A stretch of 64,000 nt of DNA from Squalus acanthias (lineage: Eukaryota): the NCBI GenBank assembly GCA_030390025.1, contig CM059432.1:80540001-80604000 (forward strand), read 5' to 3'. The notes beneath the pieces were generated by a model, which had not been told where the DNA came from, searched no databases, and saw nothing but the letters and a program-made list of their open reading frames with translations. The position numbers and the translations under genes were made by a program. This document shows positions 12,409 to 26,213 of this stretch, in pieces (position 1 is the first letter of the stretch; the number at the start of each line of letters is the position of its first letter).

Positions 12409-13931
12409 GGGGGAAAAATTTGTGCCCGCCAACAGAATTGCTGGTGTCACTGTAACGCGAGTTAACGGCTGCCGAAAATGGCCGCAACGCTACCATTCAA
12501 AAATTGGCTTTGGAGGTTGGCGATGTGGAGCGCAGTGCTAACTTACCGTACAACGCCCTCCCGGTGGCGTTAGTGGTGGCCTCTGACCCGACGTTCCCGT
12601 CCACAGTTGCCGTTGCTGCTTCTTAACAGCCTGTGGGAGCGAGGCTGTGGAGTTTGCTAGGCATTGTGGGCAATTAAAGAGGCTATGAATTAAAGGGGCA
12701 ATGCATTCACTAACACAAATGGCAAGCCAGAGAAGGGGCACACAGGGTCTCGCACGCAGCACTCCAACTTCGCGCAGGGGTTCAACACTGCAAGTGAGGT
12801 CACTTGATTTGACACTCCCAGCCACCAGCTCCTCAAGGTCGACCAGCAAGGCCACCTGTAGTGTCCCCCACTGAAAGTCAGCAGCCTTCCACCAGCCATA
12901 CTGCAGTCACTGGGGTAGCACTGCATGACATCAGTAGGATAGGCAAAGGCACACACAAGACAGTCACTAAGAGAATACATAAGGGTGATGAGTTCATTTC
13001 TTGATGTCATATTGGCTGGACAGATGTATAAAGTTGGATTGGAAAGTTTGCTTTGTGGTGGCTTTTATTTCAGCATTGTGGCAAAAAGGACGCTGTGATG
13101 GTCAGTAACAGAGGGAAGGTAAGGTGTGGGACTAATGTTAAAAGGGGAATTGCAGTTGTGGTCACTGCAGGCGGATGATTCCATCCCGGATATCTCGGCC
13201 AGAAAGCGGCTGTCTGGATTGCATCCTTCCTTCTGCTTCTTCCTCTTCTGCTTCCTCCTCTTCTGTTTCTTCCTCTTCTGTGTCTTCCTCTTCCCTCTGC
13301 GAGTGGATGCTGTCAATCTGAAATGACAGCATAAAATGCTGGAAATACTCAGCTGGTCAGGCAGCATCTCAACCTGAGACGTGAACTCTGTTTCTCTCTC
13401 CACGGTGTTGCCTGACCTGCTGAGTACTTCCAGCATTTTCTGTCTTCTCACAGGCCTTCCTTTACCATCCGAGGCCTTGCAAGCATCCAGCAGCACTCCC
13501 TACACACTTAAAAAACTTTTACCATCTATCACAGCAAGTCTCTACTTCAATAAAAATCGATAAAATCCCATCCAAAAGCTTAAATCCAAACTTACCTGAA
13601 AGATGTGTGTGTCCCTTTAAGAGGTGCTGACATTGCCACTGTCAACCTGCTTGCATGCCAGATTTACCTGGTGTGCTTTAGACCCAGTGCTGAATTCAGC
13701 GCTGGTGTCGAAGTTCGGAGTGGTGACGTTAAGTCAGCGTTGCATGCCGATTTACGTCACCACACCACCATTTTTTTTCCAGGGTGCTGCCAGTTACCGG
13801 CAGCGCAAAGGGAGGGAGGAAAATGGCGGCCGCCGCGGGACCCGCCACCAGCTGACGAAAGAGCGGCGGCCGCCATTTTTCACCATTTCATGGCACTACG
13901 GAGTGGCGGTAAGTAGATGAATTTCTAGCCG
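12409..13931. mobile_element. Non-autonomous Harbinger-type DNA transposon (family A, copy 1)
   Basis: TTA 3-bp TSD (12406-12408 and 13932-13934). Degenerate GG..AAATT termini. Block-wise homology to 15605-17546. Internal Penelope-derived hairpin. Confidence 0.8.
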
Positions 13932-14551
13932 TTAATGTTTCTGTCACAGAGAAGTGCATATTTTAGCAGGACATCAGTGTTTAATACAAAGCTTGATTGT
14001 TTATTTAAGAAGCTGCACTTCCATTCACTTAAATACTCCTGTGGCACCGAATGGTGAACGTGCTGTCACTTCAGTCGTTAGATTGCCGCTGAGTGCCTGA
14101 TTCACTGCTATGCTCGCTATGGTGTATTCTAATTAGAAAACCAGCAAAATTTGGCATAAGTTAGCAAGGCCGAGATTGGCGCTCTAGACGGCAGGATTTA
14201 TGATGTACCTGCTCTGTTGCTGAAAAGTTTGGGCCATTGTGTCAAAGTGCTTTGAAACATTTTGATGTGATAAGGAACTGTATAAATGCAAATACCACAG
14301 GGAATGCTTTTAGATGAGAGCAGTATTTCTATTAAAGCATCTTAAAATAGACTTAAAGGAGAATAATAACATGGACATGGTGTGCACATGTGACAGTTTT
14401 CACAATAGTAAAGTAATTGGTGCAATGCAACATATTTAAGAAAGCAACATATGTGACCCATTGATGCCACGCTATACAGATGTTTAAATGTCTGTAATAA
14501 ATTACTCAAGCTATTGTCTAACACTCAAGTATGACCTTTTACTGTCCTTAG

Positions 14552-14644
14552 ATTAAAGCTCAAGATGGAAGCTATGGTTTTACTTTGGAGGAGCGAAACA
14601 AGGTTCCCATTGTGAAATCTGTGGAGAAGGGATCTTATGCTGAG
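14552..14644 (+). CDS. PREX2: PREX2 internal exon (PDZ1 N-half): IKAQDGSYGFTLEERNKVPIVKSVEKGSYAE
   Basis: ccttag|ATT acceptor and GAG|gtaacg donor. 93 nt, phase 0 to 0. Contains the SYGF carboxylate-binding loop. Too short to appear in the ORF track. Confidence 0.95.
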
Positions 14645-15439
14645 GTAACGTTCAGTAGATTTAAAAATAAACTCTTTTGGGGTAGACTGCTGCAATTCTG
14701 AATTGTCATAATTTTGTAAAATGAATCACAAAATATTTAGTCTTGGAGAACTATTGGGTTAAAGGATTTGTACCAGTCTGTTTTAATATCCTCAGATGTA
14801 TGATGCTGGACTGATCTGGAAATTGTGTCTCAGTTGCTGTCGCTCCACTGAGACTTCAATCCTGTAACAAGATATTAAACAATTTTACGGTTCAGTTGTT
14901 CAGATTTTTGTTGTTGTATAATATGTCGATCTCCCATGGCACTGCACATGGGGAGTCAAGACCAAGGGCGGTATTCATGTGAAGCAAGGTTATTAAAGGG
15001 CAGGGGAGCAGCAGGGCGAGCTGGGTTAGGGAAGTGAAGAAGGAGGGAGGAGACGAAGGAAGGGGAGGATGCTGGAAAGCAGGAGGATGATGGAGGAAGC
15101 AGGGGGATGAGGGCGGAGGGAGAGGAGGGGGTGGAAAGTGAAGGAGGAGGGAAGGACTGTATAATAACTGTAGGAGCTGGAGGAAGGTATTCCTGAGGTG
15201 GATACCACACTGTGTTACTACTGAAGGTTGGTGTTACTTTGCCTGCATATCAATGCCTTTAGTACTTTTTGGAGGCCCATCAGGACTTTTGCTGATCTGC
15301 TCAATATACTGGTTTAAATTGTGGATATAGATTTTAAAATGGGAATACTTCTATTATGCTATGAAAAAGGAGGATGCAGACATGGAACAGGCTGGACTGG
15401 AGATTCTTCGCATCAGGCATCACAGAAATTGTCTCTTTT

Positions 15440-15600
15440 CTACATGCCTATACCCACTCACCAGGGTCTACAGACCAAGAAGATCTTACTTAGACTTTTC
15501 TGACTGTCAGTGCCTCAGAAGGCTGCACTCCTCCCTGGGGGTTAATAGGGAAATATGTCAACAGCTGGCAGAAGACTTGCAGCCTACTTCCACCAAGAGA
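15440..15600 (+). pseudogene. Harbinger transposase N-terminal relic, cut off by the 15605 element
   Basis: YPLTRVYRPRRSYLDFSDCQCLRRL..EICQQLAEDLQP parallels [37 protein letters not shown] of the 30473 ORF. Confidence 0.75.
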
Positions 15601-15604
15601 CTTT

Positions 15605-17546
15605 GGGCTAAAAAATTGTGGCCGCCACAAGAGTTGCAGGTGTCACCATGGCCTCGGGATAACGGCCGCTGAAAATGATCAAAGCGCTACCAGAGAAAAA
15701 TTCACACCAGGGACTAAAGATTTTTAGCCCAGCACTAACTTACCGTGTAACGCCCTACCTGGTGGCGTTAGTACAGGCCTGGGAGTCCAAGCTGCCGTCC
15801 AGGAGCGGCGTTCCAGCTTCTAACAGCCTCTGGAAGCGAGGTAATGGAGTTCGCTCGGCAGTGTGGGAAATTAAAAGGGCAATGCCTTCTGAAAAATAAA
15901 AATGAAGTGAAAAAATGCAGTTTTCAGCCCTTACTGCCTTTTAAAAAAAAATTAACATTAAAAAGACGTCCCAAATGGGAGTCTTCAGCTCTAAAAGCTG
16001 ATTTCCCTTCCAAACCTCAAAAAATGGGAATCGTCCTTCAGCACGAACATAACTGGCTCAGCGAGCCAGGGAAGGGGCACCCAGGGTCTCGCACGCAGTG
16101 CTCCAGCTTTGTGTAGGGGGTCAACACTGCAAGAGAGGTCCTCTACCCACAAGGAGACCCCCCAGAAAGAAGGATGGGGGACCAGATCATCGAGGCCATC
16201 ACTGCCAGCAGTGTCGCCCCCACGGCCCAGCTCCAGTGCCCAAAGAAGCTTCATGACCTCACACCACTGATCAAGGTCAGTAAAAGCATCTTCAAAAGCC
16301 ATCTCCTACCAACTGCACCACTAGCCTCACTAACTTCTCATTGCATGACTCCCCCACCCAACCACTCGCCTACCAACAATCTGTACTAATCATGAGGCAC
16401 ATCTCCCATTCCTAGCCTCACCTCACCCCCTTGGAGGAGACGGTGCAGTTGGCAGGGGCATGGCTGAGCCCTTGGCCAGTGGCGAGGCAGAAAGGATGCA
16501 AGATGCTGGTAACCTCATACGTTATCCTCCTTCTGGCATGCACATCTTGCTTTCCTGCCCTCTCCTCACCACAACTGCAGCCTTGTGCCTTCCTCATTTC
16601 ACACACCCAAGAAATGCAGCCTGCCCAGCCAGTGGTTGGCCAAGAAGAGGGAGAGGAGAGTGAAGAAGAAGAAGAAGAAGAAGAAACACCGTCACTCGAT
16701 TTCACACTCCCAGCCACCAGCTCCTCAAGGTCAACCAGCAAGGCCATTTGCAGTGTCCCCCACTGAAAGTCAGCAGCCTTCCACCAGCCATGCTGCAGCC
16801 ACTGGGGTAGTACTGCGTGACATCAAGATAGGCAAAGGCACACACAAGATAGTCACTAAGTGATTTCATATTGGCTGGATAGATGTATAAAGTTGGATTG
16901 GAAAGTTTGCTTTATGGTGGCTTTTATTTCAGCATTGTGGCCAAGAGGATGTTGTGATGGTCAGTAACAGAGGGAAGGTAAGGTGTGGGACGAATGTTGA
17001 AAGGGGAATTGGGGTTGTGGTCACTGGGACCGCAGGCGGATGATTCCATCTCGGATATCCTGGCCAGAAAGGGGCTGTCTGGGTTGCATCCTTCCTTCTG
17101 CTTCTTCCTCTTCTGTCTTCCTCTTCCCTCTGCGAGCAGATGCTGTAAATCTGAAATTACAGTATAAAATGCTGGAAATACTCAGCTGGTCAGACAGCAT
17201 CTTGACCTGAGACGTGAACTCTTTTTCTCTCTCCACAGATGTTGCCTGACCTGCTGAGTACTTGCAGCATTTTCTGTCTTCTCATGTCTTCTCAGAGGCT
17301 TTCCTTTACCTTGAATTCAGCACTGGGGTCGAAGTTCGGAGTGGTGACGTTAAGTCGGTGTTGCACACCAACTGACGTCACCTCTCATTTAAATTTGCAG
17401 GGCGATGGATCTTACCGGCAGTGCTGCCGGGTCTGGGAAATGGAGGTCACCGCAGGACCCGCCTCCAGCTGGCAAAAGAGCGTCGGCCGCCCTCTTTACA
17501 CAACTTTTTGCCGGTAATGGGTGGCGTTAAGCCCTCGAATTTCTAG
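15605..17546. mobile_element. Non-autonomous Harbinger-type DNA transposon (family A, copy 2) retaining a decayed Myb/SANT exon 1
   Basis: Same termini and blocks as 12409-13931. Extra internal segment LQCPKKLHDLTPLIK|gtcagt (16230-16280) is a SANT/trihelix exon end. Confidence 0.8.
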
Positions 17547-20381
17547 GTGAATTTTATGTGACTTCAATGGAAATTAAGATCGGGAGAGATGTATAACGTG
17601 CATCACCTCCTATATTGCCCGTTTTACACTAGCGACCAAAGTCTTTTGGAGACTGAGTCCCTGAGATCTGGGTTCCTATGCCTCAGATGAGGGTGGTCAT
17701 TTCTCCATTCCCCGTGGAGGAATGACACTGTCCATCACCTCCACTCCCTGCTCCGCACTCTCCACACCTTACCCAGTGTCAGTCCTTCTGACTCACTAGG
17801 TACCTTGTCCAGAGCAGGTGTCTCTATTGCTGGTGTTTGCATAAGTAAGATGCCGCAACGGAGTTGGTGAGGAAGTTGAGGCTGTGAATCAGGAGGCTCA
17901 TTCCCCAGTCATCATCCTGACTAGCCTCTTCCTGCAAAGAACCCTCTACGATTTGAAACACAGAGGAGCTTGTTTAACTGTGTACATAATGACATTTCTC
18001 CTTGAAGAAATAATGGCTTAGTGCAAAAGCATTGCAATACTTTGAGAAAGCACGTAAAGCTAAGCCCACCTGTAATGACAATTTCCCAGCTTTTGCCAAC
18101 CTGCTGTTGCCACCTCAACTCCAACCCTGCCCTCTCCCACAGATTCTCCTGTCTGCCTGCCCACATTGTGTGCTCAAGATTTTTATCACTGCTGCTCTTG
18201 ATTTTGATACTTGTTGTAAGCCATCTTTTCCTTTGAAGGGAGAGAAGACAATATTAAAGGCATGAAAGTGGCATAGATAATTTCCTTATCTGAATGCATG
18301 CAACCCATGATGATCTTACTGAATGCTCTTAATTCTTATGTTTTTATTATGTTCTTATGAAATGTGGAGGTCCATTGTTCCTTTCAATGAAATGTCCCTG
18401 AAGATTTGCTACAGCAATAATGGTCAAATGGTTTCCAGTAAAGAAGGTGCTTAAGTGTTTGCAGAGGTTGCCCTTTGAGAAGTGAGTCATCCTGACACTG
18501 AGAAGCTGAGAGAGAAGGAGCTGAGTGAAGCTGTATAAGTGGCTGAGGATGTATCTTGGCAAGAGAGACTTGACTCATCGTGGCTATGTTTGGAAGGTCA
18601 TTGAACCTCTTCCTGCACTGTGTGGCATTTCTTATGTCATCTCCCTTCAGACAGCCTGAACCAAAATCTTATGGAATTCCTGTCCACAGTGCCCAGCAGT
18701 CTGTCACTTTGGGTCCAGTCTTCCGCCAGTGACATCGCCAGAGATCCATCTGAGAACCTGGGGCCCCTTGTGGCTGCTGATCCCCTCAGCTGGCTGCTGC
18801 TGTTGCTTCAGACATTACTGCTGTTCTTCTCCCTGCTGCTCAGGAAATGATGCCCCCCTTTAACTGGCTGCCACCTTTTAAATGCTGCACCAGAATTGTT
18901 TTCCCTCCCTCCGAATGGTGCTAAACCTATCATGAATGGGATTACTGCTGCACAGCCAATGAGGGCTCCAGGAGAAATTGCAGCAGGTTAGCAGCAGATT
19001 CCCATTGGCAGGCAGTATTCCTCCCCAATGGGTTGAGAATTCAGCCCAGTGTGTTCCAGGTGGTAACTACTCTTTGAAGTCATTGGATAGTCAAGGGATC
19101 ATCACCCACTCCTGTGCTGTATAAAACTCTAGCTCACAGACAAGTCCACAGCTCATTTTTTCTCCTTCATCAATAGCAGAATCTTGCAATTGTATTCCAG
19201 ATAAGAAAAGTTCTGAGTCTTCCAATTCTTGCAGTTTTAGCAACCATAACTTAATAGTATATTGCTGAATGGTCATGAGTCATTTTGATAGCTTTCGTTC
19301 AGTGAAGTAGAGCTGCTGTTGTTCAGCACCATAGTTGACTTGATTTGGGGTTGATTTACTATTTACAAGGTTGGTTATGCACCAAATGTGCCCAAGTCTG
19401 TGGTTGTCTGACTTTAGGGCGTGAAGGTGGGAATTTATCAGGTGAAGTGGTGGGTGAGGAAGATGTTGAGTAATTTGGTGGTGACAAGGGGGCATTGATC
19501 GTGCTTTCACCTTTCTCTAACTCCTGTTCTACCACTGCTTGCCATTTGTTTTCAGAGGAGCTAAGGTAAATAAGGGACTGGTAAAGACCATGCAGTCAGC
19601 CTTGCCAGTTTTCTCCTCTGTGAATCACCTTGAGATATTTTACTAAGTTAAAGCTGCTTTATAAATGCAACCTATTAACATTAATGTTAATTGTCAGTTA
19701 TTGCAAGTAATCAGTAATACCTTGTTTTCTTGAGGTTAAAGTTAAGAGCAGTTTGATTGTGTGGTACCTTGGAGGTCCCAGGCACTAGTCCATGGAGTTT
19801 AATCTGTGATTGTCTGCGATATCACTTACCCATGTCAGTCTCCTAGACGTTTGCCATGGGGGAGCCCAGGTTTTCCCCCCACACAGAGTTCAGGAAAATT
19901 GGGAACAGAGTCATCATAGGTTGATCTCCGACTCCTCCCAGTGACTGGTTTTAGATGAGCTGGTTAGAAAGCTGGGAGTAGATCACCCAGCTGTGATCAG
20001 CTGGGCATGGTGTTTGCAGCAGACAAAGGCAAGAAAATAATAAATGCCCATTTAATTAAAAAAAAATCAAAGATAATAGTGTGCAAAATCCTAAGAAAAG
20101 GAAAGAATAAAAAAAAGAAAGGCTTCTTTACTGTAAGCAATTTTTAGAAAATATTATGGCGACCTCAAGTATATGGAAAAATCTACACCTGCGTTATAAG
20201 GCTTATTATTTAAACATGATGTTTGACAAAATTAATGTCTACACCCATGGAAATTATTGTAAACATGGGCTTTAAATGGACCAGTGTAATCTTATATGAC
20301 AACTTTTCTGTTGTTTATATAACAGTTATTATTTTGTGTGTCAAACCTCTGCACATTACTTTTTCTGTGATTTCACCCCAG

Positions 20382-20530
20382 ATGGCAGGTCTAGAGGTTG
20401 GGAAAAAGATTTTTGCTATCAATGGAGATGTGGTTTTCCTAAGACCCTTTCAGGAAGTTGAATGCTTCCTGCAGCAATGCTTCAGTAGCAAGAGGCCTCT
20501 CAGGGTGCTTCTGAGCACAAAGCCACGAGA
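20382..20530 (+). CDS. PREX2: PREX2 internal exon (PDZ1 C-half): [49 protein letters not shown](E)
   Basis: ccccag|ATG acceptor and GA|gtaagt donor. 149 nt, phase 0 to 2. Confidence 0.96.
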
Positions 20531-22929
20531 GTAAGTGATGTCTCATATTTGCACTTAAGTTTAATGATTGAAGTATTGCCACTGTTAGTCACTTTTTTGT
20601 TTTTATTTATTGCTTTTATTTAATAAAGAACTGCTCTCGGATCAAGCCCTGCAATCCTCAGCCTCAAGACTCCATTGGGAAAATACCTTCCATCTAATTC
20701 AAAAACACAAAAAATGTTTTTTTTTAACTCAGCATGGGCTGGCTTGCCTCCAGTTTAGGACCACCAACTTTGTGCTGTTTTTCAGATTTGTGTCAGATCC
20801 CAGCAGCGCCTGCTGCTCGGCTGAAAGTATTGAAAGTGCCAAGAATATGTGAAGAGACATCAGGGCTGATCTTCCTCTTCCTAACTCCATGTGCGCCAGT
20901 TCCCAATGTACCAGAGGAAATAGTAGCAGAGACCTGTAATGCTGGGTCTCTGCCTCCTATGTGCTTGACATGAATTTCCTGGGAAACTCCAATCAGAAAC
21001 TGGCAGAGGTATTTAATTTGATGTAAGTGATGCGGAAGTGATGTCATAAAGCCTTCTGTGTCATTCTCTGTAACTTCCCCTGGAAGATGCTTGCTGCCTC
21101 TTCAGATCGGAGGGGTAGCCAACGACCTCTCGGGATCTCAAGATTTTTTTTCTCCTTTTAGGGTGCAGCAGGGCTGGAGAGCAACTGCTTGCTGTTTTGC
21201 ATAACAACCAGCTGGCGAAAAAATCTCCCGGAGTTTGTGATTATTTTAAAATTTATGTAGCTTTTTGGAGCACTAATAAGTGACACTGTGGAATGGTGGT
21301 TTGTAAGCTTGTACCCACAATGCTTATGATCTGAGCTGTGCTGCCAGGGGAGAACACCAGTAGCAGAGGATGAGTTGAGGAGAGTGATCCCTGGGGTGCT
21401 CCCATGAACCAACTTGTAGCTGGTTAAGACTGACATTGGCTGATGTCTGGGATCCAATCAGCTGCCCAATTTACTTGCTTGTACAAGAGAAGACCCAGCC
21501 GAGAGAAAACAATTTGATATTTTACTCCTGACAAAAATAAATAATTTTGCTCAGCAGCAATAATTCTGTTTGAAATTGAACACAGGACGGGAGGTATTTT
21601 TCGAATGAGCGTTTGTGCATAATGCCACGATAAGTCTTATCCTTGTCAATCATTTTGATTAGATTAGATATATTATTTGTTTCTATTTTATTTCAGTGCA
21701 ATAGTCTTCTTAAAGTAAGCATGTTATTAAGGGCAAGTGGTTTGTTACAGTTCCTGTCATTCTATATGTGCACCACTTCCACTCCCACCATTCCATTGGA
21801 CATCACCTGGTCACTGAAGTGTTAGCACACCTGACGTAAATGTAACTGCTGCTCTATAATTCTCCTGTTTACCCCTAAACCCACAATTGTTATTTTTTTA
21901 AACTGTTTTTGCAATGATGTATCACTTTCCCTAATAATATTATAAAAATTAAATACATGCTGACAGGAACCTGGTATAATTATGTTTTTTGTCTGCATTT
22001 AATATGAAAGCTTTTCAGATCTATTCTCGTGCTTAATAAAGCATACAATATAAACTGAATTGCATTTGTTAGTATTTGCACAGAATCAAACAGTTGTGAT
22101 GGGGTGGGGGAGGGGTGGAAACAGGAGAGACTTGCAGCTGCAGTTCTGGCCATTGGACTCCCAGGGGGGAGGAATTCAACATGCTTTCTGTATCTGTGCA
22201 TGTTTCAGGTGCTCTTGAAACCCCCACAGACCGACCGGCCGGCCCAGGATCCCAGTGCGAGCCTCGCTGTCAGATTTTCCGATTGCTCTTCTGTTTTGGA
22301 CACCCCGTGGGCACACTCAGAGGAAAGTGAGATGCGATGGCTATGATTGTCCTCTCCTGGTTCATTTAAATGCCATTAGTGGGCTTATGCCTCCTGTAGC
22401 TGCAGGCACCATCCCGCCTATTTTGGGAATCCCCAGAAATCGAAGGCAGCATTGCGGGGGTGCATATTTGACATAACGGGTCTCCACCCCCACTTCCTCT
22501 TTGCTACACCTGGGAATTGAGCATTCTGCAGGTGCAAGGAAAAGAAAAAATCTACCTCTAATAAGAGTAGGGTAGTGGGACTAACTAGATTGCTCTTCGA
22601 AAGTTCCGATGCAGACTCGATGGGCCAAATGGCCTCCTTCTGTGCTGTATGATTCTATGATTCTATATTAGGTAATAACTAGGAAATGATCAGAGTCAGA
22701 GAACACCTTGGGAAAAGGGACCACAATATGATGAAGATTTATGTTAGGGTTATGAGGGAAAAGAATGACTACAAAAGAATTGTTCAACTTTAGAATGGAA
22801 GATTTTGAGGAGTGTGTTTGGAAACTGGACTGGGGAACACCGTTGGAGGGGAAAAGCTACTACATTGATGACTGTGTGCTGCTGCTTCTCGCACTCGCTC
22901 TGCTCTTGAGAATTTTCTCTATCTCTGGC

Positions 22930-24040
22930 AATTGTCTTTCCACTAACATCTATTACAAGCCATCCAACGCCCACATCTGCCTGGAGTGTACATCTTCCCA
23001 TCCCACATCCTATTCTTACAGTTCATCCTATAAGAATTCCATTCTATTCTTACAGTTTCTTCATCTGTCCCCCTGGTCCTTACCTTCCATCCCACTAGCT
23101 TTGCATTCACCAGATCATCATACACCAGTTTGGCCACCTACAACATGATCCTACCACCAAACATAGCTTCCCTACTCCACCCCTCTCCCCTTACTTTTGT
23201 GACACCCTGGATCACTCTTTCACCACTCCTACTTCAGCTGCCCAGCCTCAGCATTTTTCAGTGCAAACGCAGGAGAGGCAACACCCACCCAATCACCTCC
23301 TCCCACATCATTGCTCATGGCCCCAAACACTTCTTCTGTGTGAGGCAGCAATCTACGTGCACTACCTCCAACCTAGTTTACGGTATTCGCTGCTCAGAGT
23401 GGGTCCCTTCTACATTGGGCAAACCAAATGTAGATTAGGTGACCGCTTTGCCAAATACCTCCGTTCTGTCCTCAAGTGTGACCTCAAACCACCTGTGGCT
23501 CACCACTTCAATTATCCCTCCTATTCCCAATCTCTCCTCTCTGTCATTGGCCTCATACACTGTTCCAATGAAGCTCAACACAAGCTTTGAGAATAATATC
23601 TAATCTTTCTCCTAGGCACCTTATAATCCTCTGGTCTGAATTGACTTCAGTAACTTAAGACTTTAGTTATATTCTTATTTTTAAACATGTTTTAATATCA
23701 TGCCAGACCGCCAGGTTTTCCATCTCTCTTGTCGCTTCCACTTTCCCAGGCCCCCACTTCCTTAGCTTTTTCGATATAATTTGTTTCTTTAATATTTTAT
23801 TGCTTTTGTCCATTACTTGACTGAGATGATCTACATCATCATGGATGATTCGTCTCAATTTTTATTTGTATATATGGATATATTTTTCCCATCTCCCTTT
23901 TTTCTCATTGTATGCTTGTTTGCCTCTTACTTTTCAGTTCTGAAGAATGGTCACACCCAAAATGTAAATGTATCTGTTCCCTGCAGAGATGCTGACTGAT
24001 CTGTGCATTGCCAGCATTTTCTGTCTTTACCTCAGATAGA
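22930..24040 (+). mobile_element. Penelope-like retroelement 3' fragment (GIY-YIG endonuclease and terminal repeat)
   Basis: TSNLVYGIRCS, YIGQTKCRLGDRFAKYLRSV..PVAHHFN. Decayed pLTR at about 23935-24040 similar to 44983-45090. Confidence 0.85.
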
Positions 24041-24304
24041 TTGCTTGCCTTCATTTTGACTTGTACAATGGGACATAAAGAGAGAGGCACAAGAAGCTTC
24101 AGAACATAAAGGAAAATAAATTTGAATCTCAGTGTACTGTCAACCCATTTACAGAAATTACTTGTAGTAGTTAAGAGTGTTGCTATGCAGATGTTTTACA
24201 TTAAGCTGTTATCTGATTTGGTTTCTGACCAGTTTTAAATGGTTTCTTTACTTTTAAAAGTGTCAATCTCATTTAATCTGCCACAAAACTGCATTAATTA
24301 GTGA

Positions 24305-24439
<135 letters not shown>

Positions 24440-26213
24440 TAACACTAGCCACTTGCAAGCAGCTGGCTAACAGCTGTGCCCTGAGGCCAGTCAAAGGTAG
24501 ATTATTCTCAGCTACTGTATTAAACCAGCCTCATTACAGCCTGGCATATATTCTCAACAGTGGAGAGCGCCAATTTTTTTTCCTTCACATGTTGTGCTGT
24601 TGAAACTTGTAATTTATGTTCTGTGGATGTACTGTATACAATTGGCTATTATTTATTAGTCTTAAAGCCTTGTTGTCCGTGACAAAGTATAATTTGTAAA
24701 CAGCAGAAGATTGCAAATATATATAAACCAATTTCTTTCAACTAATGTGTGATTTTAGCCAAACAACATCTATTTTCACATAATGGATGTCTGTTCTCGA
24801 AACAAACAGTTTTGATTTTTTTATTAGCAGCCAGTAACATATGGCAGTGGCTGAGAAGTCTGATTCAGTCACCACAATATGGGTAACAGCTGCTAATATT
24901 AGTTGTTCCTGGACCCATTTTCTGTCTTGTATTTTATCAAAAACTGAATAAATTGCTCTTCATACAGAAGGGATAAATGGGGAAAAAACAGTTTATGGGG
25001 CAAGATTTCCTTTGTAGCAAAATTGTAAATGCATTCTTCAAACAGATGAACTCAGCCATGTAGATAAAAATAGTGTTGACTATTCTGATTACTAGCCTTT
25101 GTGGGCTATTCTGCACAATGACTGGCTCCAGGCACTGACTGGAAATCAGAGAGGAAAGTGGTAGAGTGGCACACTGGTGCTGCAGAGTCTTGTGGTGGCT
25201 ACCACAGATTTTCTAGGGGGAAAGCTGAGCCAGTTTTAAATATATTTGCAGGTACAGGCAACACCTTGTGAGTCCAGGTGGTCAGCTAAAGAGTGTGGAA
25301 AAATAGGAGTAGACCAAGGACAAATTATTGAAGAAAAATGCAGTCACAAAATTACTTTGATATGTAGCAGCAAAATTCAATACAATTTTACTCTAGTGAC
25401 TGGAACCAGGCCAACGCTTCGTGACGTGGGAATATCGAAGTTTAATATATCAAGAGTGCTTGATCTTTCAGCATTAATGTTGGTTTAATCTTGCCTCAAG
25501 TATTTGTTACAAACATTTTAGTTTATTGCTGTAAATAATGCGATGCTGACCTCTTTTTTCTTGTTTTGATTTGAATATTTTTTCTCACATTGTAGCAATT
25601 GCTATATTATTCAAACTTGCAAAAATAACAAGCTTACAAAAGCTGAAAGAAGAACACTATTTGTTGTCTACATTGTCAGAGAGTTGATCAATTCAGTAAC
25701 ATGAAATTTTCCTTATGATATGGGAGTTCACTATAAGTGGGTTTGAAGCAAAGTAATTTGATACTCATTATCCAGTCTTCAAAAAACATCTTGTTCTTGT
25801 TTAAGAGAAATATGAATCCTTACCATTTTTAAACCTCAAATGCAATATGCCCACTGAGGGCATTTAGAAATAATTTTTGTATTTCAGCAAACAAAAGCTC
25901 CAACTGCAAGAAGTTTGATCACACGAATATTAATAAACAGCCCAACGACCTGTTTTGTTTCATTCTGGTTTCACTTAGCTACCGTTTCATTTGCTGCAGC
26001 CCATGCGTCACTCATGTTATTCTGTCCTTATGAAGGTTATCTATTTTGCTGTGTCTTTTGTGCTTTGCAAGCGTTTATCTATGGCAATTTAAATTTTGAT
26101 AATGATATACAAGTTAGCCTTTTTCCTTAATACATGAATATTGGTTTCATTGCTATTTCTGTATATGTTTCAGCAAACAAAAATTCTCTCACTTCAAATA
26201 TTGGTACTTGTAG

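Noticed and set aside
13065..13496. Lys/Arg-rich ORF (RKKQKRRKQKRKKQK)
   Set aside because: It comes from the (ttcctc/ttctgc) microsatellite inside a non-autonomous transposon.
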